Assembly: GCA_965644295.1 (NCBI GenBank)
Contig: CBFFRP010000218.1
Location: 314,535 to 378,534 of the forward strand
DNA: 64,000 bases
Source: Paraphysomonas bandaiensis
Lineage: Eukaryota; Protista; Chrysophyceae
Reading direction: 5' to 3'
Shown here: positions 21,673 through 35,747 of the stretch, one piece after another
How positions within the stretch are numbered: the first letter of the stretch is position 1
Layout of the letters: every line of letters begins with the position of its first letter
Translations under genes and position numbers: made by a program
Notes under the pieces: model-generated
Database searches by the model: none
Seen by the model: the letters and a program-made list of their open reading frames with translations, nothing else
What the model was told of the DNA's origin: nothing

Positions 21673-24132
21673 TTATTCGCACCAGTCAGAATCGGGATTA
21701 TCGATTTCTTCGAACTGGCTAGTACAAGACACGTGCCCTTCTGTACCCCGTAATGTTGGATTGTTAGGCGGTAAAAGTGTGACACTATCAACATTAACAA
21801 CAGGAGAAATAGTTTTCTGTTGAATCGACCTCTCTATTGCAGAACGAGTGACGAAGAAAGCCTCGGAAGTATATTCCCGTTCCTTTCTACAGGATGAGGA
21901 AGAGTGTGACAAAGTAATACTGGGCGGTGGAGGTGAAATCCAGTTATCCGCCTTTCTCGAAGAGGAACGAGGAAATATATGATGGGTCTGCACGCTCCAT
22001 TACATTTAGAGTTAATGCTCAGCAGCGTACCTTGTAGTAATCTAAAAGCTGTCCAGGTAGCTCTTTTAGCAATTCAATGGCCAGCTCCCGTTGTGCGATT
22101 TCAGGATTTTTATCAGCCACTTTACTGCAAAAACTTGTTACATATGCTAACGTAAAAGAGAAACACCAGTACCCTATTCACTTACTTCATTTCAACGAAT
22201 TGAACGATATCTCGCACAGCAGATTCACCATCAAGAGTAGTCAACATCTATTCAACAGCAACAAACACTTACAAGCACAAATCACTACACATATTACATG
22301 ATTAACCTTATCATCGGAGTCCAATTCTCTCATCGCAGCGAAGTCATCTGGACCTATGCTATACATCAATGGTGTGTCAATTAATATGAGTCGTACCGAT
22401 TCCAACAATTAATATAGACAATGGCAGATGAGAAGCTTTCACAATAGCTTTAATAGTGGCATCCTGACTATGAGTTAGAATAAATATGTGTCACGAATTC
22501 ACATATCATACTAGATCCTTGATGCATCCATCGGTAAGTATCAGTAATACTGTATAAATCTGCTCCACAGCAGTACCACCCATAGCCTGCTGCTCTTCCA
22601 CTGCAGCTGTGGCGATTTCCGCAGCGCAATTCACAGTTTTCGAGAATACAGTTGGTCCTGCCAGTGTTACTCTTCCTAGCGCACTGTAATACGCATTCAA
22701 AATCCCCTCAACACCCACCACAAACGGATCACCGTCGTTGCCTGTTAACATCTTGATATAGAAGTAGTTTCATTAGAGTTTACAGCACCGGAAAGTGGAA
22801 AACAGTGGTTTACTGGCCCGTCTGCCTCCAACTTTCCTCCAAATCCAAACGCTGCACATCGCTACCAATATGGTAAATCAACATACAAGTTACTGGCGGC
22901 CTACCTACCATACTGTCTAATCCACCACAGTAGGGACCAATAATATTGCTAATGGCCAAAATCGTGTTGGCATAGGCGGTAAGAATACCTGGGTTTTTCG
23001 GATCTACGTAGTGGAGAGAGCTCGTGTCCGTAGGCGCTCCATTAGAAAATGTATAGTCAACTGCAACGACTAGTTGGAGCTTTCAATAATAAAATTACAA
23101 ACGGCAGCTAGATGAAAATATGATAAACCTGCGTTCCGCCCCTAATGTAGTCGAGGAATGAGGTTTGTCGAGAAATGTCGAATTGCTTAACCAATACTGA
23201 ACCACATGGTGTGCCAGTAGCTGGATCAGCAAGTATAAGAGGTGTCTCTCTTCTTAAGGCATCGCTTAGAGTATCAAAACAGCAGTGTAATTGTCCTTGT
23301 TGAAAGAAATATAAAAAAGCCAAAATATATCGAGTATCACCTTACCTAGTGAATTGTGTTCTCCGTTTTTACTCAAGGCGAAAACCTCAATTTTAATAGG
23401 AAGATTCATATCACCATCTACAAGATCCATAAGAGATCCTCTTATATCATACGACAGAGTCGAATAATCAGTTTTTGCCTTCGTTTTATAACATGTGGAA
23501 TACTTCCCCTTCCCGGTTTTCTTTGACAAGGCCAGGACACGGCCACTTCTTGGCAAAAACTCTTTCGTCGGTAGATTAGAGAACTCAAGACACATGCTGA
23601 TGAGATCACACATAGAGGCCAGCTCCGTACCCACAATTTTCAAATATCCACCATTCCCAGTCTGGGATTTTCCCTGCAGAAGGCCACACCACGTCATCTC
23701 ATCATTACCAAATATGTCGCCCAAAAACATGTCACATCTGCCCAAAAACTCATGATCTGTAAGTATAAATGAGGAAGAATCTTTCTCCATAAATTCAGGA
23801 GTACAACTGAATATTTCGACTCGGAAATCTTGAATTTCTCCAAAATTATATCTTAGACTGGCAGCAGACTTCCACACAGGGTTCGGTCCACACACAACTT
23901 CACTCCTCAAGATTTCTTCATGTCGATTTCTGGTACAAGTATGAATGTACGCTACATAAAAGTAGCCAGCCCCGCTACTCAACTCGGAACATGATATACT
24001 CAGACTCACTCTCGAAGATGGTTTGCCTCCACTTAGTGCAAATTCCACGACATCATCAGTTTCAGCAGCTGGAATACTTGCTGCACTTTCACATCTAGGC
24101 TCCTGACTGGCGTTGCTCTGTCCACAGCCCAT
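21673..24132 (-). CDS. Copine (C2 domains plus vWA/copine domain), multi-exon
   Basis: N-terminal MGCGQS acylation motif; C2-like SEVVCGPNPVW..YNFGEIQDFRVEIF; copine motifs across exons VAVDYTFSNG..SLHY, AFGFGGK, LAGPTVFS, YTVLLILTDG, LPLSILIVG, RDIVQFV. Confidence 0.9.
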
Positions 24133-25974
24133 TAATAGCTATCTGCGCTTGAAGATTGGACTTTAACAGAAGAAGTGAATATAACTTACTTGCAAAATTT
24201 AGGGTTATTCGAACCTCTATGTGTGTGTGTATGAATATACCGGACACATTGCAGATTGGACATAGCTAAAATATATACGTCGATATACACTGTACTCTGT
24301 GGATACTACACAGCTGTTGTTCAAGATGTTAACATCCGGGTTTTCCCAGCCCTACTGGAATTCGGAATACCACAATAGATGGATGCTGTGGCTGTACGGT
24401 GCCGTATCTACGAGATATCTAATCAGAGGCAGGAATTATCGGCACATCTAGATTTTTAGTCGCCACTTCACGACTATCATAAACTTCAGTGAAATGAAGA
24501 CCCTGTGTTTGATTCATGCCAATCCTAATTGGAAACGACTAGTCTTTTACTGAAAATGACCGTCATCACTGAGAAAAAGTCTTATTGAACTGCAACGCTT
24601 CGCAGATGGATAAGTAATCAATGCAATCTTTTGGTATATTGTCGTTCTTTCATATCACCATTCTTTTGTTTTATTATTCTTGGAGATGAAAGTATTGTGG
24701 TGATACATCTTCGTCGCATGTAGCAAAGTTAGGTACAAACATATTGTATCGGGACAGTCATTCAATTTTATATAAGTCAAACCCTTTCTAAAGCTGGACT
24801 TCAAAATGATGAAACCAATGAAAAAATTGTAATATCTGATTCTTGTGATTCGTGGTAGCCTATCGTAACCCTCTCAGACAACTTTTCCCTTTGTATATTA
24901 GAACAATGAGACGAAATCATACAAAGTCATTACAGATGATGGTATATTGACTTAGTCTAAGTAAATGATTGAAGAGAGTAACATAAATGAGTACATTATG
25001 TTATGAATATATTAAAGGGGTGAGTGCACATGAAGTGCGTAACTGGTACCTGATTGAGAAATTTGTTGTATCAAACCAATATGGCAGAGCAAGGTACATA
25101 AATACTGTTTCAGCTGCTTTTCTTGTTTGATTGTTTCCTTATAGACGAAAGGTAGAAAGTTTTGAACTGACTACTCAGTGAAAATCACTGTTCTGAAGTT
25201 TGACAAAACAAAGTCAAGATATCTATCGAATGTTCATATTTAATATATTTTTCTAACCAAGTGATTACGACCAAGTAAATTTACATACTACCACTACCTG
25301 TGGGTGTGTTGAACGAATTTGATTGCTAGGTAATTCGAGCCCTGTGCACTTGTACGCAACCTTCCAGGGCGCAAAACACATAATACATAATACCCATCTA
25401 ATGGTGCAAATTTCAGTCATCCCTAGGCAGGTTTGCACATTACAAGTGTGACCCATAAGTAGATAAAAGATAGTTTGGTGCTTTAGTTAAATAACAGTAT
25501 ATGAATCGTAACTTCACATCATCATTCTTGTCAACCTTACGTTATACCAAATATGAGAGAGGATTCTCCGAATCCAATGAACGAAAACTCTGTCAATAAA
25601 ACTGCCATCAAATGTTTTGGCCATCATCGTTCCTTAATATATAGTACAGTATAATTATATTGTTTTGTGTAGCTTCTTCTAAATTTTGGGGAAAGTGTAG
25701 TTTTACAAATGTTTTCTAGGTTCTAGTTGAATTTTAATGCATGTGCTATGTTCTATGTTGTTTCTCAAGAAACTATTATCCTCATGACGTTAAAAACTTA
25801 ATATTAAATTGTATAGCTATTAGTAGCTTGCTTGCTATATTATAGGCGTTTCCTGATTAAGACAACAAATCGGAATTCATATTGAATGTGTACACTGTGT
25901 ATGCTTTGGGAATAATAGCAATTGCACTATATAGATCAACTCATACAATAAACCCCCAAATTTATATATAATAT

Positions 25975-28900
25975 TATCCCCATTTTGTCTCAAAAAATGC
26001 TTTTTTTTGACCTGATTTTGACTCAACAGGGCGCTCATATCAGCACCGGGCAAATATAGACATTCAACTTCAATATTCGGTTCAACAGAAGCTCACTTCT
26101 ATAATGACAGTCGAATGTACGTGATTTCATTATAGTACACAATTATAGAGAAACCACAATCATGAGCCAAATACCAAGAGCAGATCATCTAACTCCAAGT
26201 TATATTCCATCCTTCGACTGCTGTAGAAGATCACAACGATGTCAGTGCAAGTGATCTATCTTCATATCCAGGACTTCGAAACAACTTCAAGAATATTACA
26301 GGAGAGTTTAAGTACCATATCTGATGCTATATAGGTGGTTAGGAGCAGTGGCACCCAGTTCTTTCAGGGTTTGAGCCATATCGTGCTTCTCAGGATATTG
26401 TGTGTCTCATATCATACACACATCCTTCGATCAGGAGCACTTGCAGAGGTAAAGCCTGCTGTATATAAATGTGATGATGATGATAGTTAAGGCAATAAGA
26501 AGCCTCTCTTTCACCTTCAACTGTTTACATTTATCATCACACAGTATACATATCATTCATTTGAAACTATATGAGTTCTCATTTGTGTTATTAGTGTTAA
26601 TCAAGGAACATCTATTTCTTAACACAGCAAGCATGCTACAAATAGCTATACAATGTAATATTAGCTTTTCAACGTCATGAGGATAAGCTACAATTTAACC
26701 TAGGGATAAGGAGTATCGTCCCTTGTCTAAATTTTAAAACTCGGGCTTTTCGCCCTCGTTTCAAAATTTTGAGCGCGGGGCGATATAGCCTCCTTATTGC
26801 CCGTGGTTAAATATAACTATATAGCTACAACAAATGATTTCGAACCACAGAAGGATACTGATGAAATAGCAACTGTGAGGTGTTGAAATTCGTACTTAAG
26901 TGTGATGATGAATGTGAACAGTTGTAGTCGCACGAAAGAGTTCTTATTTCCTTAATTATCATCATCATCATCATCTTCTTTATATACAATACCCTTAACC
27001 TCCTCTGCTGGAGCGCCTGATTGAATGATGTGAGTAGGATGATATGAGGCACACAATATCCTTTCATAAGCCAATATAACCCGAACCCTAAAAGAACTGA
27101 ATTCCACTGCCCTTTACTGCCTATACAGCATCAGATATGGCACTTAAACTCTCCTGAAATATTGTTGAAGTTGTTACGAAGTCCTGGCTGTGAAAATAGA
27201 TCGCTTGCACTGACACCATTATGAGCGTTAGACGAAGAAGGGTAGAATAATATATCTCTAATGATTTAACTCATGATTTTTTCTCTACAATTGTGTAATA
27301 TAATGAAATCACGTACATAATGACTGTCATTATCATAATTAAGATAGAAGTGAGCTTGTGTTGAACCAAATATTAAAGTTGAATGTCTATATTTGCCCGG
27401 TGCTGATATGAGCGCCCTGTTGAGACAAAATCAACTCAAAATCTAGCTTTTTTTGAGACAAAATGGAGATATAGTTATATTTAACCACGGGCAATAAGGA
27501 GGCTATATCGCCCCGCGCTCAAAATTTTGAAACGAGGGCGAAAAGCCCGAGTTTTAAAATTTTGACAAGGGACGATACTCCTTATCCCTAGGTTAAATTG
27601 TAGCTTATCCTCATGACGTTGAAAAGCTAATATTACATTGTATAGCTATTTGTAGCATGCTTGCTGTATAAAGAAATAGATGTTCCCTGATTAACATTAA
27701 GAACACAAATGAGAACTCATATAGTTTCAAATGAATGATATGTATACTGTGTGGTGATGAGTGTGAACAGTTGAAGGTGAAAGAGAGGCTTCTTATTGCC
27801 TTAACTATCATCATCATCACATTTATATACAGCAGGCTTTACCTCTGCAAGTGCTCCTGATCGAAGGATGTGTGTATGATATGAGACACACAATATCCTG
27901 AGAAGCACGATATGGCTCCAACCCTGAAAGAACTGGGTGCCACTGCTCCTAACCACCTATATAGCATCAGATATGGTACTTAAACTCTCCTGTAATATTC
28001 TTGAAGTTGTTTCGAAGTCCTGGATATGAAGTTAGATCACTTGCACTGACATCGTTGTGATCTTCTACAGCAGTCGAAGGATGGAATATAACTTGGAGTT
28101 AGATGATCTGCTCTTGGTATTTGGCTCATGATTGTGGTTTCTCTATAATTGTGTACTATAATGAAATCACGTACATTCGACTGTCATTATAGAAGTGAGC
28201 TTCTGTTGAACCGAATATTGAAGTTGAATGTCTATATTTGCCCGGTGCTGATATGAGCGCCCTGTTGAGTCAAAATCAGGTCAAAAAAAAGCATTTTTTG
28301 AGATAAAATGGGGATATAGTTATATTTAACCACGGGCAATAAGGAGGCTATATCGCCCCGCGCTCAAAATTTTGAAACGAGGGCGAAAAGCCCGAGTTTT
28401 AAAATTTTGACAAGGGACGATACTCCTTATCCCTAGGTTAAATTGTAGCTTATCCTCATGACGTTGAAAAGCTAATATTACATTGTATAGCTATTTGTAG
28501 CATGCTTGCTGTATAAAGAAATAGATGTTCCCTGATTAACATTAAGAACACAAATGAGAACTCATATAGTTTCAAATCAATGATATGTATACTGTAAGTG
28601 TGGTGATGAGTGTGAACAGTTGAAGGTGAAAGAGAGGCTTCTTATTCCCTTAATTAGCATCATCATCACATTTATATACAGCAGGCTTTACCTTTTCAAG
28701 TGCATCTGATCGAATGATGCGAGTATGATATGAGGCACACAATATCATGAGAAGCACGATATGGCTCAAACCCTGAAAGAACTGGGTGCCACTGCTCCTA
28801 ACCACCTATATAGCATCAGATATGGTCTCCTGTAATGTTCTTGAAGTTGTTTCGAAGTCCTGGATATGAAGACAGATCACTTGCACTGACAGCAGTCGAA

Positions 28901-29140
28901 GGATGGAATATAACTTGAAGTGTCTAATCGTTTAACTCATGATTGTGGTTTCTCTATAATTGTGTGTACTATAATGAAATCACATATATACGACTGTCAT
29001 TATCATACTTAGGATAGAAGTGAGCTTCTGTTGAACCCAATATTGAAGTTGAATGTCTATATTTGCCCGGTGCTGATATGAGCGCCCTGTTGAGACAAAA
29101 TCAGGTCAAAAAAAAGCTTTTTTTGAGACAAAATGGGGAT
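25975..29140. repeat. Array of an ~845-bp repeat: one + copy (25975-26822) facing three head-to-tail - copies (~26900-27470 partial, 27471-28315, 28316-29140)
   Basis: Copies 1 and 3 are near-identical reverse complements (duplicate MMMMIVKAIRSLSF ORFs on opposite strands). The junction ...AAATGG(A/G)GAT|ATAGTTATATTTAACCACGGG recurs at 27470 and 28315. Confidence 0.92.
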
Positions 29141-29558
29141 AAGTATGTATTCTATATATTGTGACATGGTTTTACGTTTTACTTTCTTAATAGCACAAGC
29201 ATAGTAATAAAGCCCACGTGGTTGGCATGGCCGGCAGCTACATAGGATTACTCCTTCAGGTGAGAGTAATATAAATACAAATGTATAATGTACATCTTTT
29301 ATGTGGAAGCACAAAAATGATGCAAATCCAAGAGAACTGTATTCTATCTATTTCATTACGTATAGGGTTTCTTTGGTAATAAGTACTTCAAAAAATGACG
29401 GGAGTGTATATTGTACCGTGATGTGTGGGAACGTAACTGAATCGTCGAGAGTAACGCCACACAACAGGAACTACCATATTATCCCCACAGAACGCTCAAT
29501 TAGACATAATTCTATTTGCAGTTGTGTAGACTTCAAATTACTATGTTAACTGCACGCA

Positions 29559-31063
29559 CTACACGAGCCTCCGTATTTCACATATACGTACATTATGTTC
29601 TAGATGTTCCTTAGCCGCATTGTACAGCTGTATTTCATAAAATAACAAGTCACTGAGAAAACTGTATACGGCATGTGGTATGTTATGCGAGGAGCGAATG
29701 TTCGTGTTCGTGTTACTATGAAGACCTTCTGCGCTAGAGTTATATGCCTGCAAACATACATCATATGACCAAATATAGCACATTCAAACTGTAAACTGTT
29801 ACACATCCAAAGCAAAGGTGGGATGTCAATAAGAACGGTGAACTTACATGTATCGCCCCCTTGAAGAATGTGGGTACAGTTTTTTCCAACAATGCGATGG
29901 AGTTAGCCATATCTTCCACTAACAAGACCACGCGAAAGCTTCTTCTCATGTTCCTCACTGCCATACGTAGCGCCCACTCCAACGAACCTTCAATGGCTGT
30001 GGAAGCCAACTTGCACTAAACACAATATATATTGTGTGAGAAAACATAAAGCATCAGCGATATATTCTTCAACACTGAGGTTCTAATCACACTAGGCAAT
30101 AGAGGCAAAATAAAGTATCGTGGGACTTCCACAAATAGTGTTTACAAGTACCTGCAGGTTGCCCATGCCGCAATAGTAGCGCAGCTGCACGTTAACGTAC
30201 TTTGATGACATGCACGGAAACCGTACAGCGTCTGCAACTGTCACAAGTCTATCATTCGTCCGGTTAGGCAGAACGCCACTCAGACTGTCAGATCGCGGTC
30301 TTCTGTGTTCCATATAGGCTTCCACACACTCCACAAACGACAATACCTTTTTGGAACCTTTACCATTTTTCATACCTACATGCATGGGCCGATCTCCGAA
30401 GAAATCGTAATTGTAATGACTTTGCATACGCAGAACAGGATCCCTTATAGTACCCACATATATCGGTGTTGGGAAGTGGTAGTGCTCAAAGTCTAAGTAT
30501 CTAATATGGGCCACACTTACAGCCTTCTTATTCAGAGTCGAAAAATACTCACACAACGCTCGTGCGCGCTCGGAATACTTGATCGGGTCGTTGCCAGGCC
30601 TGCCTGGAGAGACTGAGGCCACTTTACTGACCATATAATGGTTCATCGGGGCTAATTTGAATACTAATTCCTCAAGGGTTGTGCTAGCTGCTTTCGGGGT
30701 GCGCATAGCAAATAACAAATGCGAATCGCTCAAAACGCTGCATTCGCTAGTATTGTGCCAATATCTACCATGCAGTGTGGACTCCATTTCCCATTTCTCT
30801 CTTTCCGTGTAGCTCGGCACATCTGACGCAAGAACAGCAGCAATCGCTGTGTCCATTTTGTAGTATATATATGTGGCGTATCTTGCAAGCTCTGGGCTCA
30901 CTTGGCCACTTTGAAGCATTGCTAATAACGATGGAACCATGAACATCATCAGAGTGCATACCATTATCCCACACAGCGTACATATCTGAACCTTCAAGCT
31001 CCACTTTCTGCTACAACAAGTATTTGTATTGTGACTTTTTGAGGCACGAATACGAGAAAACAT
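29559..31063 (-). CDS. Golgi-type sulfotransferase, heparan sulfate/uronyl 2-O-sulfotransferase-like, multi-exon
   Basis: N-terminal transmembrane segment; 5'-PSB-like MRTPKAASTT; 3'-PB-like TIRDPVLRMQSHYNY; LRYYCG; WALRMAVRNM..VLLVEDM..LLEKTVPTFFKG; YEIQLYNAAKE. Confidence 0.85.
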
Positions 31064-31627
31064 ATTATACGCTCTCTGCGGTAACTTCGAACCACGAATA
31101 CAAAAAAGAAGCTGTGGGTACTTCTTGAAAACTTAGCAGGAGTAAATTTTAATGAGAAGTGATTCCACAAAGATAAATATATGTGACCATTACTTAAACT
31201 ATTTCCAACTTGCCAATCATCATTTCTATTCGCATCATGTATGGTGGAGTTAAGACCATCAGGGACAGGTGAAGTGACTTTTCTAAAAAAAATATGGTGA
31301 AATCGGGCTTTTCGAAAAAACGTTAAAAAGTTGGCCGAAATTGTAGATTCATTTTTCTGAATGGAAGATTCAATCTTGTCTCTCGAACAGCTAGCTGTTT
31401 TTTACAAAAATCACTTTTTAGAAATATTACAACAGCGAAATAGATTTTTATTATATTTCTGTACTTTTATATGAGGAAATCATGAAACATTCTCTTTTTG
31501 TTTCATACAAAAGACTGGTAAGGTGTTGCACTCTATATTTCTAAAGACCCCTGAACCTCCGTACCTTGGAGTCTTTACTTGGTCTACTAACTGGATATTG
31601 TTGTTTTCTACCATATTTCATTGAGGA

Positions 31628-33379
31628 ATGGCAGCGGAGACGAAGACAGAGACAGCAACCACAATTGTCACTCTCACTACTCGTCGGCTAGCCTCCAAAG
31701 AGGACTGTCTCATGGAAAATTATAACACATTATCACGAGCCTCTAAAGAGGACTGTCTCATGGAAGACTATAAAACATTATCACGGTCTCCGGGAATGAC
31801 CTGGGGTGCGGAACGATTGCTAAAAGCTTCCAGACTCTCCTCCAGGAGCCTGGATTCACCTCGTCCGGGTCCGTGGAGAGAGGGGATCAGCTACCCTGCT
31901 GGCTTCGGTATACGGATTGACCCGAGGTCACACTTGGAGGTTTTTGATCGAAAACATAGATACGGAAAGAATTTACGATTATACTATGAAGAATGGGTTA
32001 GGTTGAGGGTAGAAATGCAGTTTTTTGAATGGCTCGATTGTGACGAATGTGTTGAGGTACGTTGAGTTGTTCAGAAGTAATTCGGTCGATGAATATGTAT
32101 TTTGTTCTGTATTATCTAATATTTTGGCTAACAAATTGGTAAAGCTTCCAGATTGTTCAAGGCAATTACTGGAAGATGATACGGTGTATTACTGCACTAG
32201 CGACACTGACCGCGAGCAGTACCTGGTCAGAATAGGCACAGATGGACTGCTATATCATAGACCCTCTAAACACAGTCAGGACAACTTTAGAGCGGGGGAA
32301 GATAGGGATGGGTGGATCAGATTGACAACTCAGGCTGCTGATGGCTGGATATTCGTGCTCAAGAATAGTCGTATTTATGCCCACGAAAAAGTCACTGAAG
32401 CTCGCCCAAGGTAGACACAGTACTTTTGTTGTTGTCACAGTGGTTGAATACTGCTGGATGAGACTCGTTTTTCCTTCGCTTTTCATCCCAGATATATGAC
32501 GATATTTATTTTTCATGTGTTATGTGCTCTTATTTATTGGTTCTTAGGTTCCACCACTCATCTTTTTTTGCGGGGGCTGACGTAGATGCCGCCGGTATGT
32601 TTGTTGTGGAAAACGGCGTGCTTGTGCAGCTGTATCCCCACAGTGGTCACTATCGACCCGGAGAGGTACATATGTACTTTCTGCTCCACTTCCTTGAGGC
32701 CACTGGAGTGACACTTCAAGACGTAGAGGTGGATGCACAAAGGCTGGCTCATGTTGCTCGACAGAAGCTTCCAGGTAGAAGTATGTAATATATATTCGAT
32801 ATGCAACTGTATTTATAATCACCCTGTATGAAATGGGTACGACGGGCATCAGTAAAGTTAGTTTATTTTTTGACTCTCTATCTTTTCTTGTTGTAGGCAA
32901 CCGCGGCAAGGCTAGAAAGATAGACACCCCTCATATGTGGGCTGGGGACAGAATGCTTAACTTTTTAAGGTAGAATGGATATTATTTGAGCTATCTGCCC
33001 TTATTATATGTAATGTGTGTACTGTAGGATCAAAAAACATGCTTGGGAATCTGGCCTTTTCCATGATATCCTGCTCATTAACTCTTCCTGTACCCTGCCT
33101 GTACCCATTAACTCTGCAGGATATCATACTACTTCCCACTCACACTATGCTTCTGGCTCATTTGGGGGCGGGAACCTTGGACACCCCACTGTGCTGTACC
33201 CCGCTATATCTGCCTACCCACTTACAGCCCGACTTAGAGATGAACTTATCATGCAAGCCACGAATAATCAACCAACTAGCAACAATCAAACCGGCACTGA
33301 ACTGATAGTTAGTAGTCGGTACGTGAAAAGTCGATGCAACAGCTTCCAAGACGAGGGTAGCTCAGATGTGAATGCCTAA
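31628..33379 (+). CDS. IQM-family (IQ-domain calmodulin-binding-like) protein, multi-exon
   Basis: Family motifs LEVFDRKHRYGKNLRLYYEEW..FFEWLD, REQYLV, WIFVL and FHHSSFFAG..AAG..V.NG.L..LYPHSGHYRP, distributed over short-intron-separated ORFs. Confidence 0.85.
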
Positions 33380-33834
33380 TATCATACGCTATTGTCTAAC
33401 ATTAGTAGCTTGTGAGATATATATTTCATATTGCTTTGTGATGAATAGCGTGTATCATGGTTCCTTTTTGTTATTTGATGCAGTAGTTCAAGTTGTTGTG
33501 CTTGTTGTACAGACGATTGTGTGTATGGTATTGTAGTTCGTATTGGATGCGTAATCATAGCTTTACTGATGTATTTAACGTAGAATTGAATAGTGCGATA
33601 ATCTAAATTTACTCAACCGTAGTTGGAATACGAATGTTTCTCTGAGATGGAACTGTACTATTTATTAAATACAATGTGAAAAACGGAAATGCGTAGTCCG
33701 AATACTGTATAGCTATAAAACTTTAAAACTGCAGTATCAAGACGATTCAAGATACCGAAGTTTATCGGTGGTTGCCATCAGAATGATGAAATTATGTTGG
33801 TGATAAGTTTTACACGTAATGACATTATTAGTAG

Positions 33835-34195
33835 TGAATGTCTTATTATTAGCTATATTAGCAATAATAAGCATTGCAATTTAACAGGCTAGTGCTTAAC
33901 TCTGATATCCTACTATTTGACGCTACTGAGGCTGCTTGTGCGTCGTCGCAAGCACCAAGGTGCCACCACTTTCACTCTATATTGAAAGACTTATTTAGCA
34001 GTTGGCGTTTCAAATCTTCACCAATGTAGTGGCTAGTTAAATGCTAGACAGACTATTTAGACCTCTGTCCATAACTATTAGCACAAACTCTATTATCCTA
34101 CTATATTTAGCGCTACAGAAGCTGCTTATGCGTCGCCGCAAGCACCAAGGTGCAACCACTTTCACTCTATCACTCAAAGCAAACAACTCTGAGCT
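33835..34195 (+). repeat. Two adjacent copies of dispersed repeat family A
   Basis: The core GCAAGCACCAAGGTGC.ACCACTTTCACTCTAT occurs at ~33947 and ~34138. Confidence 0.8.
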
Positions 34196-35747
34196 AACAC
34201 AATATATTTGATTAATCATATTTTACTCTTCATAATCACATAGCTTTCATCTATTATTATAATATCTATCGAACATTTCTGATAATTACCTGCAATGAAG
34301 AACGCTGTTCATGTTCGATATCTAATAATTAGAATATGTACTGTCTCTCTGCCAAATGCTATGTGTCATAGCCGCCCATTTTGGTCACAGCACGAAAATT
34401 ATTATTCGATTGCGAACTAGTTGACCGTCATCTCTTTCATATTTATCGCGCACAAGGTGTTTGAATTACTTCTTTGAAGCAAGGCATCAAGAAGTTTTCT
34501 CTTTTTCTTGAGAGCCAGCTTATTGTTCCTACATAGCATATTGTGAATATATGCGTGTGAAGTATTGTCGAAGTGGCTAATGTATGAACCGCTGCTGCTG
34601 CATTTGAAAGGCACAGAGCTACCAAGAAGTTACGACGACAGCTTGGCACCCAGTATCGATCGACCAAACATATATTTAGTACAACTAACGTTGTGGGGCG
34701 TTTTTTTTCAGGATATATTTTTTGCGACAAGGAAAATGACCCCACGACGCCACAAACTGCTGCAGTTCCTTCGGTTGAACAAGCACTTGTGGATCGCAGA
34801 AAACAGAGTGCAACAGGTCATCGATGTTGGACCGCACGATCATGACAAGAATGAGGACGACAGCGAAAAAAATTGAAATACTTAGAGTACTAGTAGTTGC
34901 TGCATTGTTATTGGGTTTTCTCATCATCATGCGTTGTAACTTCTACTAAAACTAGTTCCCTCAACAAAGTCGGACTCGCAATAATTCGTGTGGTTCTGGA
35001 AAATGAGTACCGGAAATATATCTCCGGGAAACTAACGCGAGCCGCAAACATAAATATAGGAATATTTTATTATTACATGAGAACGGTTGTGCACAGAAAC
35101 TAGGAGCCGCAAACATAGACAGCAGATAACGCTCTGCCTACTCATAGCCAAATGCTTTGTGGTATTATTGGTCTTGAAAATATTAATATTAATTTTTTGC
35201 TGGCGATATATTGCAATATATTGTTGACTGGCCCTGGGTACAAGGGACACTAATATAAGAGTCGCTAGTGTGGTCGTCTTTGGGCCCGGACGAATGAGCG
35301 GGCATCAGATAATGGGCCCACCTCAAGGGCATCCGGGCTGTTTACCTTAAGGACTGAGAGCGAAATGGTTGCACCTTGGTGCTTCCAGCGACGCACATGC
35401 AGCTTTCGTGGCGCCAAATAGTAGGACATCAGAGTTAAGCACTACTTAGTTAAATTACTTTGCTATATTAGTCGTGACTAGACATATATATTGCAATATA
35501 TTTATTATATATTATTGGTCATTAAAATATTATTATTTATTTTTGCTGGAAATATATTGCAATATAGACATTTTACCCGGCCCTGCAATTTTGTATGCAA
35601 TAATAATAATCTATACACTCTGACAACTTAACTTCTTAACGATCTAAGATATGTTACACATGCGACGTCAAAGGTCAAAGAACTTCAACATCTAAATCCA
35701 ATGTCAATGTGCATGCAAATATATAAGTGACACAATTAGCTGTTAGA

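Noticed and set aside
25975-29140. Repeat array as a CRISPR array or as protein-coding (MMMMIVK ORFs)
   Set aside because: Units are ~845 bp with no short repeat-spacer structure and no cas genes. The short ORFs are not preserved in all copies.
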